64,000 nucleotides of DNA, taken from NCBI GenBank assembly GCA_964649845.1, contig CAZYSS010000001.1, positions 15,009-79,008 of the forward strand, written 5' to 3'. The position numbers and the translations under genes are program-made. The first letter of the stretch is position 1; every line of letters starts with the position of its first letter. The stretch is from an uncultured Oscillospiraceae bacterium (lineage in GTDB: Bacteria; Bacillota; Clostridia; Oscillospirales; Ruminococcaceae). The notes beneath the pieces are model-generated. The model was given only the letters and a program-made list of their open reading frames with translations, had not been told where the DNA came from and searched no databases. This document shows positions 19,056-28,733 of the stretch, piece by piece.

Positions 19056-20264
19056 CTATGTATTCTGTGGTGTGTGCGGTCTTACCCTGTTCAATACAAA
19101 TGTGGCCGCAAAGCAGATAATCTGCACTGCAATAATCATTATGAAGAACGGCAGGAAAGAACCTGTCCGATCGTACATAACCCCAACCACAGGTGATGAA
19201 ACAGCTACCACCGCATTGGACATACTCAGCAGAAAGCCCTGGTATTTTCTGGTGCCTTCATAGCCGAATGCAGCCATGGTCAGGCGGTTGATACCCATAT
19301 TTGACAGTGCGGCCTGCATACCGTAGGACAAAGTGCCGATGCACATACCTGCGGCAGATGTAGGCATAATAATAAACATTATTGCGCCTGCGATTACACA
19401 GGACTGCAGCACCATAGTGGCTTTTGGCGCACCGAATTTGTCTATCATAATGCCGTAGATAAACTTGGATGTAACGTTGCCCAGCATCAGAATTGATGAA
19501 AGTGACGCTGCAAAGCCTGCAGAAAAGCCGTTGCCCATGGAAAACATATTCAGATAGGATGAGAACAGCTGCGGCATTCTGGCACCTGCCACGATTATCA
19601 TAATAAGAATAAACACCGGTGTGGATTTTTCAAAATTGCCACCCGCCGATGCATTTTTTGCCCTTGTATGTGTGTGTTCAGGCACAGGCTTGCGGAACAT
19701 CAGGTAAATTGAAGGCACCATCATACTGATGGCGATGGCAGCCAGAATGAGAATACCTTTGTCCGGAGAAAATTTTGAAAACAGGAAAGATGCCAATGGG
19801 TTGGACACCATACCGCCCATACCGGCGCAGGCAGAAGAAAGACCTACTGCAGAACTGGGGTTCACATCTATCCACTGGTTTATAATATATGGAATAATAA
19901 TCGAAATTGTGGAAACACCCAGTGCAATCATAACCCTGGCAAAGTAGAACAGCGGTGTATCTGCAAAAACCGCCAGCACCACCAGCCCCACAACGCTGAT
20001 GATATACATACCTGTGAAATAGTATTTTTTCATAGACTGGCTCAGTCTGAAAATCACACCGCCCAGCAACATACTGCCAAAAATCTGGGCCGCATAGCCA
20101 GCCGTGGTGTATAGCGAGATTTTGGTCATAGGAAAGTCATACAGCGCACGCACCGCTGCCAGCACTGTGGACTGGCTGTTGAATATAAAGCCGCCCAGAC
20201 CCATATAGTAAAGACAGGCCCCCAGCAACACCAGTTTCTGGTCCCTGTTGTAATACTTGAACAT
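19056..20264 (-). CDS. MFS transporter
   Basis: About 12 TM segments and 402 aa, with MFS-like loop spacing. Confidence 0.8.
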   Translation of the reverse strand: MFKYYNRDQKLVLLGACLYYMGLGGFIFNSQSTVLAAVRALYDFPMTKISLYTTAGYAAQIFGSMLLGGVIFRLSQSMKKYYFTGMYIISVVGLVVLAVFADTPLFYFARVMIALGVSTISIIIPYIINQWIDVNPSSAVGLSSACAGMGGMVSNPLASFLFSKFSPDKGILILAAIAISMMVPSIYLMFRKPVPEHTHTRAKNASAGGNFEKSTPVFILIMIIVAGARMPQLFSSYLNMFSMGNGFSAGFAASLSSILMLGNVTSKFIYGIMIDKFGAPKATMVLQSCVIAGAIMFIIMPTSAAGMCIGTLSYGMQAALSNMGINRLTMAAFGYEGTRKYQGFLLSMSNAVVAVSSPVVGVMYDRTGSFLPFFIMIIAVQIICFAATFVLNRVRPHTPQNT

Positions 20265-20368
20265 ATAATCACCTCTATGAAAATAGTAGCATACGGGCAG
20301 GAATTTTTCAAGAAACTGTGGACAAACAGCGGAATAATTGTTATAACTTTTTATAAGGAGCGTTGATT

Positions 20369-20863
20369 ATGAGCGAAAAAGAAAACAGTAAAAAGCTGAT
20401 GGAAGGGTGTGAAGACCAGACTGGACTGTTCAACCGGGAGATTCACTTCAATCCATCTGAAGATGATATATTTGTCAGGGAGATATTTGACAAGGCTGCA
20501 GCAAAAATTGCCCGGAATATTGACAATGCGGCGAAAAAGGAAAGTGTGCAAATCAACCATATTGACTATATGAAGCCTTCAATGGCCGAATTCGGCACAG
20601 AAATCGATTTTGAAGACGAACTGCCGGAAGAATTCCCACAGCAGCTGGCTGGCGTGGAGGCTGATGAACTGGCAGGTATTTACACCGATGAGATTATGAG
20701 CTATCTGGCATCCGGCAATCAGGAAAGGCAGGTGAAGCTGTCCAGAAGGGCAGTGGCAGAAATGCAGGCAGAAAAAACGCCGTCAGCTGAAGATGAGGGA
20801 TATGACTATCTGGGTGATGTTATCTCCATTTTGAAAAAGTCAGCGGATGACAGCATAGAATAA
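20369..20863 (+). CDS. Hypothetical acidic protein
   Basis: ATG with an AAGGAG RBS. No family recognised. Confidence 0.5.
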   Translation: MSEKENSKKLMEGCEDQTGLFNREIHFNPSEDDIFVREIFDKAAAKIARNIDNAAKKESVQINHIDYMKPSMAEFGTEIDFEDELPEEFPQQLAGVEADELAGIYTDEIMSYLASGNQERQVKLSRRAVAEMQAEKTPSAEDEGYDYLGDVISILKKSADDSIE

Positions 20864-20950
20864 AGCAAAAGCCCACAGGCAATCTTTTGTTTTACACAAA
20901 CATTTTATGTGATATAACCAATACAAATACATTTTACAACGAGGTACAAA

Positions 20951-21916
20951 ATGAAAAAGATTACAGCACTTATTATTGCGGCTATAATGTGCTTTTCACT
21001 GGTTGGCTGCGCACAGAAAAGCCAGGATGTAAAAAACACAGAGGTTATGATAAAAGCCATTGGCACTGTTACACAGGACAGCGGTGAAGATATTGTAACT
21101 GCCGAAAAATTTTACAACAAACTGACAAGTGAAGAAAAAGGCCAGGTGTCCAACTACAACACACTGATACAGGCCAGAAACGACTATAACGAAATGATTA
21201 TGTATGGTCAGTGGGTGAAATATATGTCTGACAAATCCAGCACACTGACACTGAATGAAGACGGCAGCTTTGAAATGAGCGACGGCACAAAAGGCAGTTT
21301 TGAAAAAGATGATACACAGGTTGTGCTGACAGCTGACAGCGGCGAAGTCATCACTTTACAAAAAGACGTACATATGAATCTGGTACATCTTGTTGACAGT
21401 GACGGTACAGACTATATCCGCCCGGAACTGCTGACAACCGACTGGGACAAAGTGGTGAGCAGCAGCTGGTACAGATTCTTTGACGTAAAGCATCACGTGC
21501 ATATAGACAAAGATATTGCAGGTATTGCAACAGATTATTACAACAGTTTTATCATCGTACCAAATGAAGAATATCTGCCATATGTTTCAGACATTACTGC
21601 CGATATAACTATGACATACACCACAAGAAATATTGTGACAATGCATAAAACAGGCACAGACGAACTGCTTATCATAGAAGAACCGGAAACAGCTGTGGAA
21701 TGTGAAGTTACAGCACATATCACAACAGCCGACCTGGTGCACCAGTGCGACTGCTTTGGTACAGGATATGAGCTTGTAAAAGGGCCATCAAGCCGGTACA
21801 AAGATTACAAGACCCTGTACAAAACACTTCGGTTGCTGGAAAACGGTGAAGTAATTGATTTCACAGGCGAAATCCATTACTATGACCAGCTGAAAGAATA
21901 TTACGAAAACAAATAA
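20951..21916 (+). CDS. Hypothetical lipoprotein
   Basis: Signal peptide plus lipobox SLVGC. Confidence 0.6.
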   Translation: MKKITALIIAAIMCFSLVGCAQKSQDVKNTEVMIKAIGTVTQDSGEDIVTAEKFYNKLTSEEKGQVSNYNTLIQARNDYNEMIMYGQWVKYMSDKSSTLTLNEDGSFEMSDGTKGSFEKDDTQVVLTADSGEVITLQKDVHMNLVHLVDSDGTDYIRPELLTTDWDKVVSSSWYRFFDVKHHVHIDKDIAGIATDYYNSFIIVPNEEYLPYVSDITADITMTYTTRNIVTMHKTGTDELLIIEEPETAVECEVTAHITTADLVHQCDCFGTGYELVKGPSSRYKDYKTLYKTLRLLENGEVIDFTGEIHYYDQLKEYYENK

Positions 21917-21933
21917 ATAACCCAGATATAAGG

Positions 21934-21979
21934 CAGCCGGACGCGGCATACAATGTTGCGCCCGGCTGTCTGTTTCTTT
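21934..21979 (+). terminator. Intrinsic terminator
   Basis: CAGCCGGACGC / GCGCCCGGCTG stem (one mismatch) followed by a T-rich tail. Confidence 0.65.
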
Positions 21980-22000
21980 GAGTTTATTTACTGTAAAATA

Positions 22001-22062
22001 TTGACATATACCGTAAGTTAGAGTATACTAACTTTACAGGACGAGTTAGAGTATTCTAACTG
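22001..22062 (+). promoter_or_regulatory. feo promoter with two copies of an 18-bp inverted-repeat operator
   Basis: TTGACA, 17-nt spacer, TATACT. AGTTAGAGTATACTAACT (22016-22033) overlaps the -10 box. AGTTAGAGTATTCTAACT (22044-22061) lies just downstream. Confidence 0.6.
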
Positions 22063-22107
22063 TCTTTTTACAGAACAAAACCTTGTGAAAAGATGAAAGG
22101 TACATAT

Positions 22108-22329
22108 ATGAAAACACTGAAAGATGTAAAGGTGGGCCAGACAGCTACTGTGGTGAAGCTACACGGTGACGGTCCTGTGCGCCGCCGTATTATGGATATG
22201 GGCATTACAAAGCGCGTGGAAATCTATGTGCGTAAGATGGCACCGCTGGGTGACCCTATGGAGCTGACTGTACGCGGCTATGAACTGACACTGCGCAAAT
22301 CTGACGCAGAAATGATTGAAGTGGAATAA
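22108..22329 (+). CDS. feoA: Ferrous iron transport protein A
   Basis: 73-aa FeoA/SH3-like protein (VKVGQTATVVKLHG...MDMGI...) immediately upstream of feoB. Confidence 0.85.
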   Translation: MKTLKDVKVGQTATVVKLHGDGPVRRRIMDMGITKRVEIYVRKMAPLGDPMELTVRGYELTLRKSDAEMIEVE

Positions 22330-22344
22330 CAGGGAGGAAAAGCA

Positions 22345-24513
22345 ATGAGCATCAAAATAGCACTTGCCGGCAATCCGAACTGCGGCAAGACTTCATTATT
22401 CAATATACTTACAGGCTCCAACCAGTATGTTGGCAACTGGCCTGGCGTAACTGTGGAGAAAAAAGAGGGTGCGCTGAAGGGGCATTCTGACGTAATTATC
22501 CAGGACCTGCCTGGTATCTACTCACTGTCTCCATACTCACCTGAAGAGGTGGTTACAAGACAGTATCTGGTAAACGAACATCCGGACGCAATACTGAACA
22601 TTGTTGACGGCACAAACATAGAAAGAAACCTGTATCTCACCACACAGCTGCTGGACCTGGGGCACCCTGTGGTAATTGCAGTGAATATGATGGACCTGGT
22701 GAGAAAAAATGGTGACAACATAGATGTGGAAAAACTGGGCAAGGCTCTGGGCTGTCCTGTGGTGGAAATATCCGCCCTTAAAAATGAGGGTTGTCTGGAA
22801 GCTGCAGAAATTGCAGTAAAGCTGGCAAAGAACCACACCCATGGCGATGTGCCACACGTATTCAAAGGCGGTGTGGAACACGCACTGGCACACATTGAAG
22901 AATCCATTGAAAATGTAGTGGATTCCAACTATCTGCGCTGGTATGCAATCAAGCTGTTTGAACGCGATGAAGTGGTGCAGGAAGAGCTGAACCTGCCCGC
23001 TGATGTGATGGCACACGTAGAACAGCATATCGCTGACTGCGAAGCTGAAATGGATGATGACGCTGAAAGTATTGTGGCTGACAACAGATATACATATATA
23101 GGCGAAGTTGTAAGCCGTGCTGTAAAGAAAAAAGCTGGTAAGCACGATATGAAGCTGTCTGACAAAATTGACCGGATAGTTACAAACAGAATTCTGGCTT
23201 TGCCTATCTTTGCAAGCGTAATGTTCCTGATGTACGCCATTGCAATGGGCAGCTACAGCTTCTCCATCGGTACAATGGGTACAGACTGGGCCAACGATGT
23301 GCTGTTTGGCGAAATTGTTCCGGGCCTGTTTGACTCCATCCTTACATCTCTGGGTGTAAGCGGTTGGCTGTATGGACTGGTGATGGACGGAATTGTGGCA
23401 GGTGTAGGCGCTGTACTGGGTTTTGTACCACAGATTCTGGTGCTTTCCTTCCTGCTGTCTATTCTGGAAGATATAGGCTATATGTCCCGTGTGGCATTTA
23501 TTATGGACAGAATCCTGAGAAAATTCGGTCTGTCCGGTAAATCCATCATCCCTATGCTGGTGGCTACAGGCTGTGGCGTACCGGGTATACTGTCATCACG
23601 TACAATCGAACAGGAAAATGACAGAAAAATCACAGTAATGACAACAGGCTTTATCCCTTGCGGCGCAAAAATGCCTATTATCGGCCTGTTTGCAGGCGCC
23701 GTTTTCGGCAATTCCCCACTGGTGGCAACTTCTGCATTCTTTATCGGTGTAGCTGCCGTGGTAATTTCCGGCGTTATTCTGAAGAAATTCAAAGCTTTTG
23801 CAGGCCGCCCTGCTCCATTTGTAATGGAACTGCCTGCATATCATCTGCCAAGCGCCAGAAACGTGCTGCGTTCCACATACGACAGAGGTATGGACTTTGT
23901 AAAAAGAGCAACGACAATTGTTCTGCTGTCCTCCATCGTGCTGTGGTTTCTGCAGACATACGGCGTGGTAGACGGCGTGTTTATGGCTGTGGAAGATTCC
24001 AACGTGTCCCTGTTGGCCGGTCTGGGCAAAACAATTGCATGGGTGTTCTACCCTCTGGGCTGGATGGGCGATATGGCGTGGAAAGCAACAGTTGCCACAT
24101 TTACAGGCCTGATTGCAAAAGAACAGGTAGTTATGACATTTGGCACACTGTACAACTTTGCCGGTGAGCTGTCTGAATCCGGCAACGAAATCTGGACAAT
24201 GATTGCAAATGATTTCGGCCCTGTGAGAGCATACAGCTTTATGATTTTCCAGCTGCTGTGCGCACCTTGCTTTGCTGCAATGGGTGCTATCAGACGTGAA
24301 ATGGGCAATATGAAATGGACTGTGGGCACAATCGCTTATATGTGCGGCTTTGCATATGCAATTTCCCTTATAGTTTATCAGTTTGCCGGTTTGCTGACAG
24401 GTGAAGCAACATTCGGTGTATTTACAGTGGTTGCTGCTGTGGTATTTGCCGCACTGCTGTATCTCACATTCCGCAAAGGTTATCAGATTCCTGACAAAAA
24501 AGATAAAAAATAA
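22345..24513 (+). CDS. feoB: Ferrous iron transporter B
   Basis: N-terminal G-domain GNPNCGKTSLFN and DLPGIYSL, followed by a large polytopic membrane domain. Confidence 0.95.
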   Translation: MSIKIALAGNPNCGKTSLFNILTGSNQYVGNWPGVTVEKKEGALKGHSDVIIQDLPGIYSLSPYSPEEVVTRQYLVNEHPDAILNIVDGTNIERNLYLTTQLLDLGHPVVIAVNMMDLVRKNGDNIDVEKLGKALGCPVVEISALKNEGCLEAAEIAVKLAKNHTHGDVPHVFKGGVEHALAHIEESIENVVDSNYLRWYAIKLFERDEVVQEELNLPADVMAHVEQHIADCEAEMDDDAESIVADNRYTYIGEVVSRAVKKKAGKHDMKLSDKIDRIVTNRILALPIFASVMFLMYAIAMGSYSFSIGTMGTDWANDVLFGEIVPGLFDSILTSLGVSGWLYGLVMDGIVAGVGAVLGFVPQILVLSFLLSILEDIGYMSRVAFIMDRILRKFGLSGKSIIPMLVATGCGVPGILSSRTIEQENDRKITVMTTGFIPCGAKMPIIGLFAGAVFGNSPLVATSAFFIGVAAVVISGVILKKFKAFAGRPAPFVMELPAYHLPSARNVLRSTYDRGMDFVKRATTIVLLSSIVLWFLQTYGVVDGVFMAVEDSNVSLLAGLGKTIAWVFYPLGWMGDMAWKATVATFTGLIAKEQVVMTFGTLYNFAGELSESGNEIWTMIANDFGPVRAYSFMIFQLLCAPCFAAMGAIRREMGNMKWTVGTIAYMCGFAYAISLIVYQFAGLLTGEATFGVFTVVAAVVFAALLYLTFRKGYQIPDKKDKK

Positions 24514-24528
24514 TTTCCGGAGGTAATT

Positions 24529-24681
24529 ATGGGAGATATCATCGTTCTGTCCGTACTGGGTGTGGTGGTAGCTCTGGCAATCCGCTGCCTGTGGAAAGAC
24601 CACAAAAACGGTGGCTGTGCAGGCTGTTCACACAACTGCGCCAATTGCTCCTCCACCTGCCGGGCAAAAAACATACAATAA
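24529..24681 (+). CDS. FeoB-associated Cys-rich small membrane protein (50 aa)
   Basis: Not in the ORF track because it is under 60 aa. GGAGG RBS. Translates as MGDIIVLSVLGVVVALAIRCLWKDHKNGGCAGCSHNCANCSSTCRAKNIQ, one TM segment plus a Cys cluster. Confidence 0.7.
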   Translation: MGDIIVLSVLGVVVALAIRCLWKDHKNGGCAGCSHNCANCSSTCRAKNIQ

Positions 24682-24754
24682 TGAAAAAGCTTATACCGCT
24701 GTGTGACAGCATCGGGATAATAGCTTTATAAAATTACAACTCAATAAAATAGTA

Positions 24755-24843
24755 AAATGTCATTCCGAGTGAAACGAGGAATCGCAATAATGCTTACTTG
24801 GTATTATATGCGATTCTTCGGCTTTCAGCCTCAGAATGACATT
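24755..24843. repeat. GTCATTC(C/T)GAG nested-hairpin element (long copy)
   Basis: Outer arms AATGTCATTCCGAG / CTCAGAATGACATT. Inner arms GAATCGCA / TGCGATTC. Confidence 0.75.
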
Positions 24844-24957
24844 CTTTTATCCTGATTGCATTGTAATACGTGGGCTTTTTGTTATTTGACAACCTGTCCC
24901 CTGCAGGAATATAATTAATGAGTTAATTATATTTGTGTGTAGTATGTGGAGAGAAAA

Positions 24958-26319
24958 ATGAAACTTTCAAACAAAGAGTTATTTGAAACTGCCCCGGTAA
25001 ACAAAGCTGTTATCTCCTTGGTAGTGCCTACCATCATCAGCCAGCTGATTACCGTTGTGTACAATATGGCAGATACATTTTTTATCGGCCAGATAGGCGA
25101 CCCTGACCAAGTGGCTGCTGCCAGCCTGTGTATGCCTATGTTCCTGCTGCTGACCGGCTGTGCCAACCTGTTCGGCATCGGCGGCTCCAGCCTTATCAGC
25201 CGCTGTCTGGGCAGTGGTGCAGACAAAAGAGCCAGAAGCGTAGCAGCTTTCAGCATATGGACAGCCAGCGTGGTGGCTTTTGTTTATGGCGTTATCCTGT
25301 ACACAGTGCGCCCTGCAGTTCTGCCTTTAGTGGGGACAAACGCTGCAACCTATGAATACTGCAGCCAGTATCTGTTCTGGACAGTTACAGTAGGGGGTGT
25401 GCCAACTGTTCTCAACGCACTGCTGGCACATCTGGTGCGCAGTGAAGGTCATTCAAAACAGGCCAGTTTTGGTATGGCACTGGGCGGCATCATGAATATT
25501 ATTCTTGACCCTATCTTTATTCAAGTATTCAGACTGAATGTGGCAGGCGCGGCTATTGCCACAATGCTGTCAAACCTGATAGCCACACTGTATTTTGTAA
25601 ATCTTATCCGCAAACAGGGCGACAACACTGTTATCAGCCTGAATCCAAAATATTATACAGTTAAAATGGGCATACCAAAAGAAGTACTGCTGGTTGGCCT
25701 GCCAAGCTGTATGATGAACTTTATGGGCGTGTTCTCCAACATTACTATGAACCGCCTTATGGCCAGCTACTGCAACGAAGCGGTGGCAGGCATAGGCATA
25801 GCCAAAAAAGTGGATATGCTGGCATTTGCAATAGCCACAGGTATGAGCCAGGGCGTGTTGCCGCTGATTGGCTACAACTACTCTGCAAAGAACTTCAAAC
25901 GAATGATGGACAGCATAAAAACCACATTTATCTACAGTATGATTGTGGCAACTGCCGGTACAATTTTCCTGCTGACCTGTGCAGGTCCGCTGGTAAGGGC
26001 ATTTATCAACGACCCACTGACTGTGCAGTACGGCCAGCTGTTCCAGAGAATTATCTGTATCTCCACACCTTGTGTTTCTGTGACAATGATTATCATCACA
26101 ATGTTCCAGTCTACAGGTAAAAAATTGATTCCTTTGCTGTTGTCACTGTTAAGAAAAGGCGGGCTGGATATCCCGTTTATGGTGCTGATGAACAGTCTTG
26201 TGGGTGTAAACGGCATTGCCTGGGCGACACCAATTGCAGATACAGGCGCTATGCTGTGTGCAATACTGCGGTTTATTCCGTTCTGGAAACAGCTTAAAAC
26301 AGAACAGCATAAAAATTGA
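24958..26319 (+). CDS. MATE-family efflux transporter
   Basis: 12 TM segments. N-terminus PTIISQLITVVYNMADTFFIG is typical of MATE. Start at the ATG with a GGAGAG RBS. Confidence 0.85.
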   Translation: MKLSNKELFETAPVNKAVISLVVPTIISQLITVVYNMADTFFIGQIGDPDQVAAASLCMPMFLLLTGCANLFGIGGSSLISRCLGSGADKRARSVAAFSIWTASVVAFVYGVILYTVRPAVLPLVGTNAATYEYCSQYLFWTVTVGGVPTVLNALLAHLVRSEGHSKQASFGMALGGIMNIILDPIFIQVFRLNVAGAAIATMLSNLIATLYFVNLIRKQGDNTVISLNPKYYTVKMGIPKEVLLVGLPSCMMNFMGVFSNITMNRLMASYCNEAVAGIGIAKKVDMLAFAIATGMSQGVLPLIGYNYSAKNFKRMMDSIKTTFIYSMIVATAGTIFLLTCAGPLVRAFINDPLTVQYGQLFQRIICISTPCVSVTMIIITMFQSTGKKLIPLLLSLLRKGGLDIPFMVLMNSLVGVNGIAWATPIADTGAMLCAILRFIPFWKQLKTEQHKN

Positions 26320-26334
26320 TTAACTTATACAAAA

Positions 26335-26361
26335 AACAGGTGAATTTTTCTCACCTGTTTT
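26335..26361 (+). terminator. Intrinsic terminator
   Basis: AACAGGTGA / TCACCTGTT stem followed by a T-run. Confidence 0.8.
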
Positions 26362-26460
26362 ATTTTTTATTTACAAATACAGCTTGAACGGTATACCTCT
26401 ACCGATGGTATAATATAAATAGGTACAATTCGTTTACTATTAAACCAAAGGAGTATTGTT

Positions 26461-27474
26461 ATGAATAAACGCGAACGATTTATGAACTTTCTGCAGAACA
26501 AACCTGTAGACAGAGCACCTGTGGCTTTTTTCCATCATTTCACAGCAAATGACGAATGGTTCAAAGGTTTGGTAAGCCCTGAAATCTATGAAAAGAACAT
26601 TGACGGCCACCGCAAAGCAAGAGAAGTTTTTGACCCTGATGTTATCAAGGTTATGAATGATTCCCTGATGATTATGATGTGTGACGTGTCTATGGTTAAA
26701 GAACCTGCTGACCTGCGCAAAATTGTGCCGCCTGCAATGGATTCTGCATGGATGCAGAAAACAAAAGAGCTGACAATCCGCTCTCTGGAATTCTACAAAG
26801 ACAGTGACGCACCAAAATACGCAACAGGCTTTTCACCGTTTATGGTACTGCGTGCCAGCTTCAGTGCAACACCCGGTTTTGATAACTACCGTGAAATGCT
26901 GATTGATTTTGTACAGAAAGACCCTGACTCTTTCCTGTATTGTCTGGACAAAATTGCTGATACAATTATGCCTTTGAACGAAATGCTGGTTAATGAATGC
27001 GGTGCAGAAGGCATCTACTTCTCTGTAAACAACCAGAGCCATTTCTTCCCTGATGACCTGTATCTGAAATACGTAGTGCCATCAGACAAAAAGGTTATCG
27101 CCCACGCAAACACATTGAGCAACATCAACCTGCTGCACATCTGTGGCTATGCAGGCAGAGCAAATAATCTGGAACTGTACAAGGATTACGACATTGCCGG
27201 CTTTAACTGGGCTGTGCACGCTGAAGGCGTTTCCCTGTCTGAAGGCAAAAAACTGTTTGGCGGCAAACCAGTATTCGGCGGCTTTGAACAGGATACAGTA
27301 ATCTACACAGGCACAAGAGAAGAAGTGGAAGAATTTACATACAAAATTCTGGACGAAGCAGGCCAGACAGGCATTATGATAGGCTGTGACTGCACAGTGC
27401 CACACGATATTGATGACAACAGACTGGAATGGGTACGCCAGGCCTGTGTGAAATATGCTGAAAAGAATAAATAA
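26461..27474 (+). CDS. Uroporphyrinogen-decarboxylase-family (URO-D / MtaA-like) protein
   Basis: 337 aa with overall URO-D-like TIM-barrel sequence features. Weak recognition. Confidence 0.55.
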   Translation: MNKRERFMNFLQNKPVDRAPVAFFHHFTANDEWFKGLVSPEIYEKNIDGHRKAREVFDPDVIKVMNDSLMIMMCDVSMVKEPADLRKIVPPAMDSAWMQKTKELTIRSLEFYKDSDAPKYATGFSPFMVLRASFSATPGFDNYREMLIDFVQKDPDSFLYCLDKIADTIMPLNEMLVNECGAEGIYFSVNNQSHFFPDDLYLKYVVPSDKKVIAHANTLSNINLLHICGYAGRANNLELYKDYDIAGFNWAVHAEGVSLSEGKKLFGGKPVFGGFEQDTVIYTGTREEVEEFTYKILDEAGQTGIMIGCDCTVPHDIDDNRLEWVRQACVKYAEKNK

Positions 27475-27484
27475 AATATAGCGA

Positions 27485-27509
27485 AAACGGGCGGGCAACC
27501 GTCCGTTTT
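27485..27509 (+). terminator. Intrinsic terminator
   Basis: AAACGGGCGG / CCGTCCGTTT stem with a GCAA loop. Confidence 0.65.
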
Positions 27510-27756
27510 CATTTGATACAAAAAGAAAAAGGGCAGTGTTCCCCAACACTGCCCTTCCCCATTATTTAGAGAAAAGTAATTTATGCTAATTTCAGTTAAT
27601 AATCAATTTCATAGGTCAACATTAAATTATATTTTTTACTTTTTTGATTTAATGCTTGATTTTCTTACAATTTAAATATATCATTAAATTAACAATAAAT
27701 CAAATTAATGTATTTTATAACAACGATAAATATTTTTTATATTTGTGAGGCAAATT

Positions 27757-28638
27757 ATGGAGATAAGACAGTTGACCACCTTTGTGACCGCCGCCCAGAT
27801 GAACAGCTTTTCCAAGGCCGCCGAAAGCCTGGGATATACCCAGTCTGCCGTGACCATACAGATAAAAAATCTGGAGGATGAGCTGGGCACCAAGCTGTTT
27901 GACCGCATGGGCAAGCAGGTAAGTCTGACAGGCTACGGCAAGGATTTTATGGCCCATGCTGTAAATATTCTGAAAGAGGTAAACCTGGCCAAGCTGGCTG
28001 TAAAAGGTCAGACAGAACTGAACGGCAGCATTACCATAGGCACCAACGAATCCCTGTGTTTTACTAAACTGCCTGCCATACTGACCTATTTCCGCGAACA
28101 TCATCCAAAAGTAAACATTAAAATACTGTTTGACTCTCCAGACCCTCTGCTGGAAATGATGGACCACGGCAAAATTGACCTGGCATATTTTCTGGACGAA
28201 CCCCGTTACAGCCACAGCTGGGTAAAGGAAATGGAAGAAAAAGAGCCTATAGTGTTTGTATGTGCCCACCGCTGCCGTTTTACAGGGCAGAAAGGGCTGA
28301 AAGTGGAAGATTTTCTTGACCAGCCGTTTTTTCTGACTGAACAGAATGCCAACTACCGCCGCGCACTGGACCAGTATCTGGCCAGCAAAAAAATATCACT
28401 GATTCCTTTTGTGGAAATCAGCGATACAGAATTTATCCTGAAAATGGTAGAGCTGAACAACGGGATGTCTTTCCTGCCTCATTTTGCAGTGCAGAAAAGC
28501 GTGGAAGAGGGCAGGTTGTCCATATTGGATGTGTCAGAGCCGGATATAAGTATGTACAGGCAGATTTTCTACCACAAAGACAAAATGCTGACACGGGAAA
28601 TGGAAGAATTTATCCGTGTGGCAAAGATGGATTTGTAA
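27757..28638 (+). CDS. LysR-family transcriptional regulator
   Basis: N-terminal HTH MEIRQLTTFVTAAQMNSFSKAAESLGYTQSAVTIQIKNLE. Confidence 0.9.
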   Translation: MEIRQLTTFVTAAQMNSFSKAAESLGYTQSAVTIQIKNLEDELGTKLFDRMGKQVSLTGYGKDFMAHAVNILKEVNLAKLAVKGQTELNGSITIGTNESLCFTKLPAILTYFREHHPKVNIKILFDSPDPLLEMMDHGKIDLAYFLDEPRYSHSWVKEMEEKEPIVFVCAHRCRFTGQKGLKVEDFLDQPFFLTEQNANYRRALDQYLASKKISLIPFVEISDTEFILKMVELNNGMSFLPHFAVQKSVEEGRLSILDVSEPDISMYRQIFYHKDKMLTREMEEFIRVAKMDL

Positions 28639-28698
28639 AGTCAAAACAAGTGTACTGAAACATTTCTGAAAATCAGATTAAACATCAATTCAAGCAAG

Positions 28699-28721
28699 AA
28701 GGAGGCAATGCCTCCTTTTTT
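28699..28721. terminator. Bidirectional terminator
   Basis: GGAGGCA / TGCCTCC stem followed by TTTTTT. Confidence 0.7.
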
Positions 28722-28733
28722 GTTTGCAGTATT

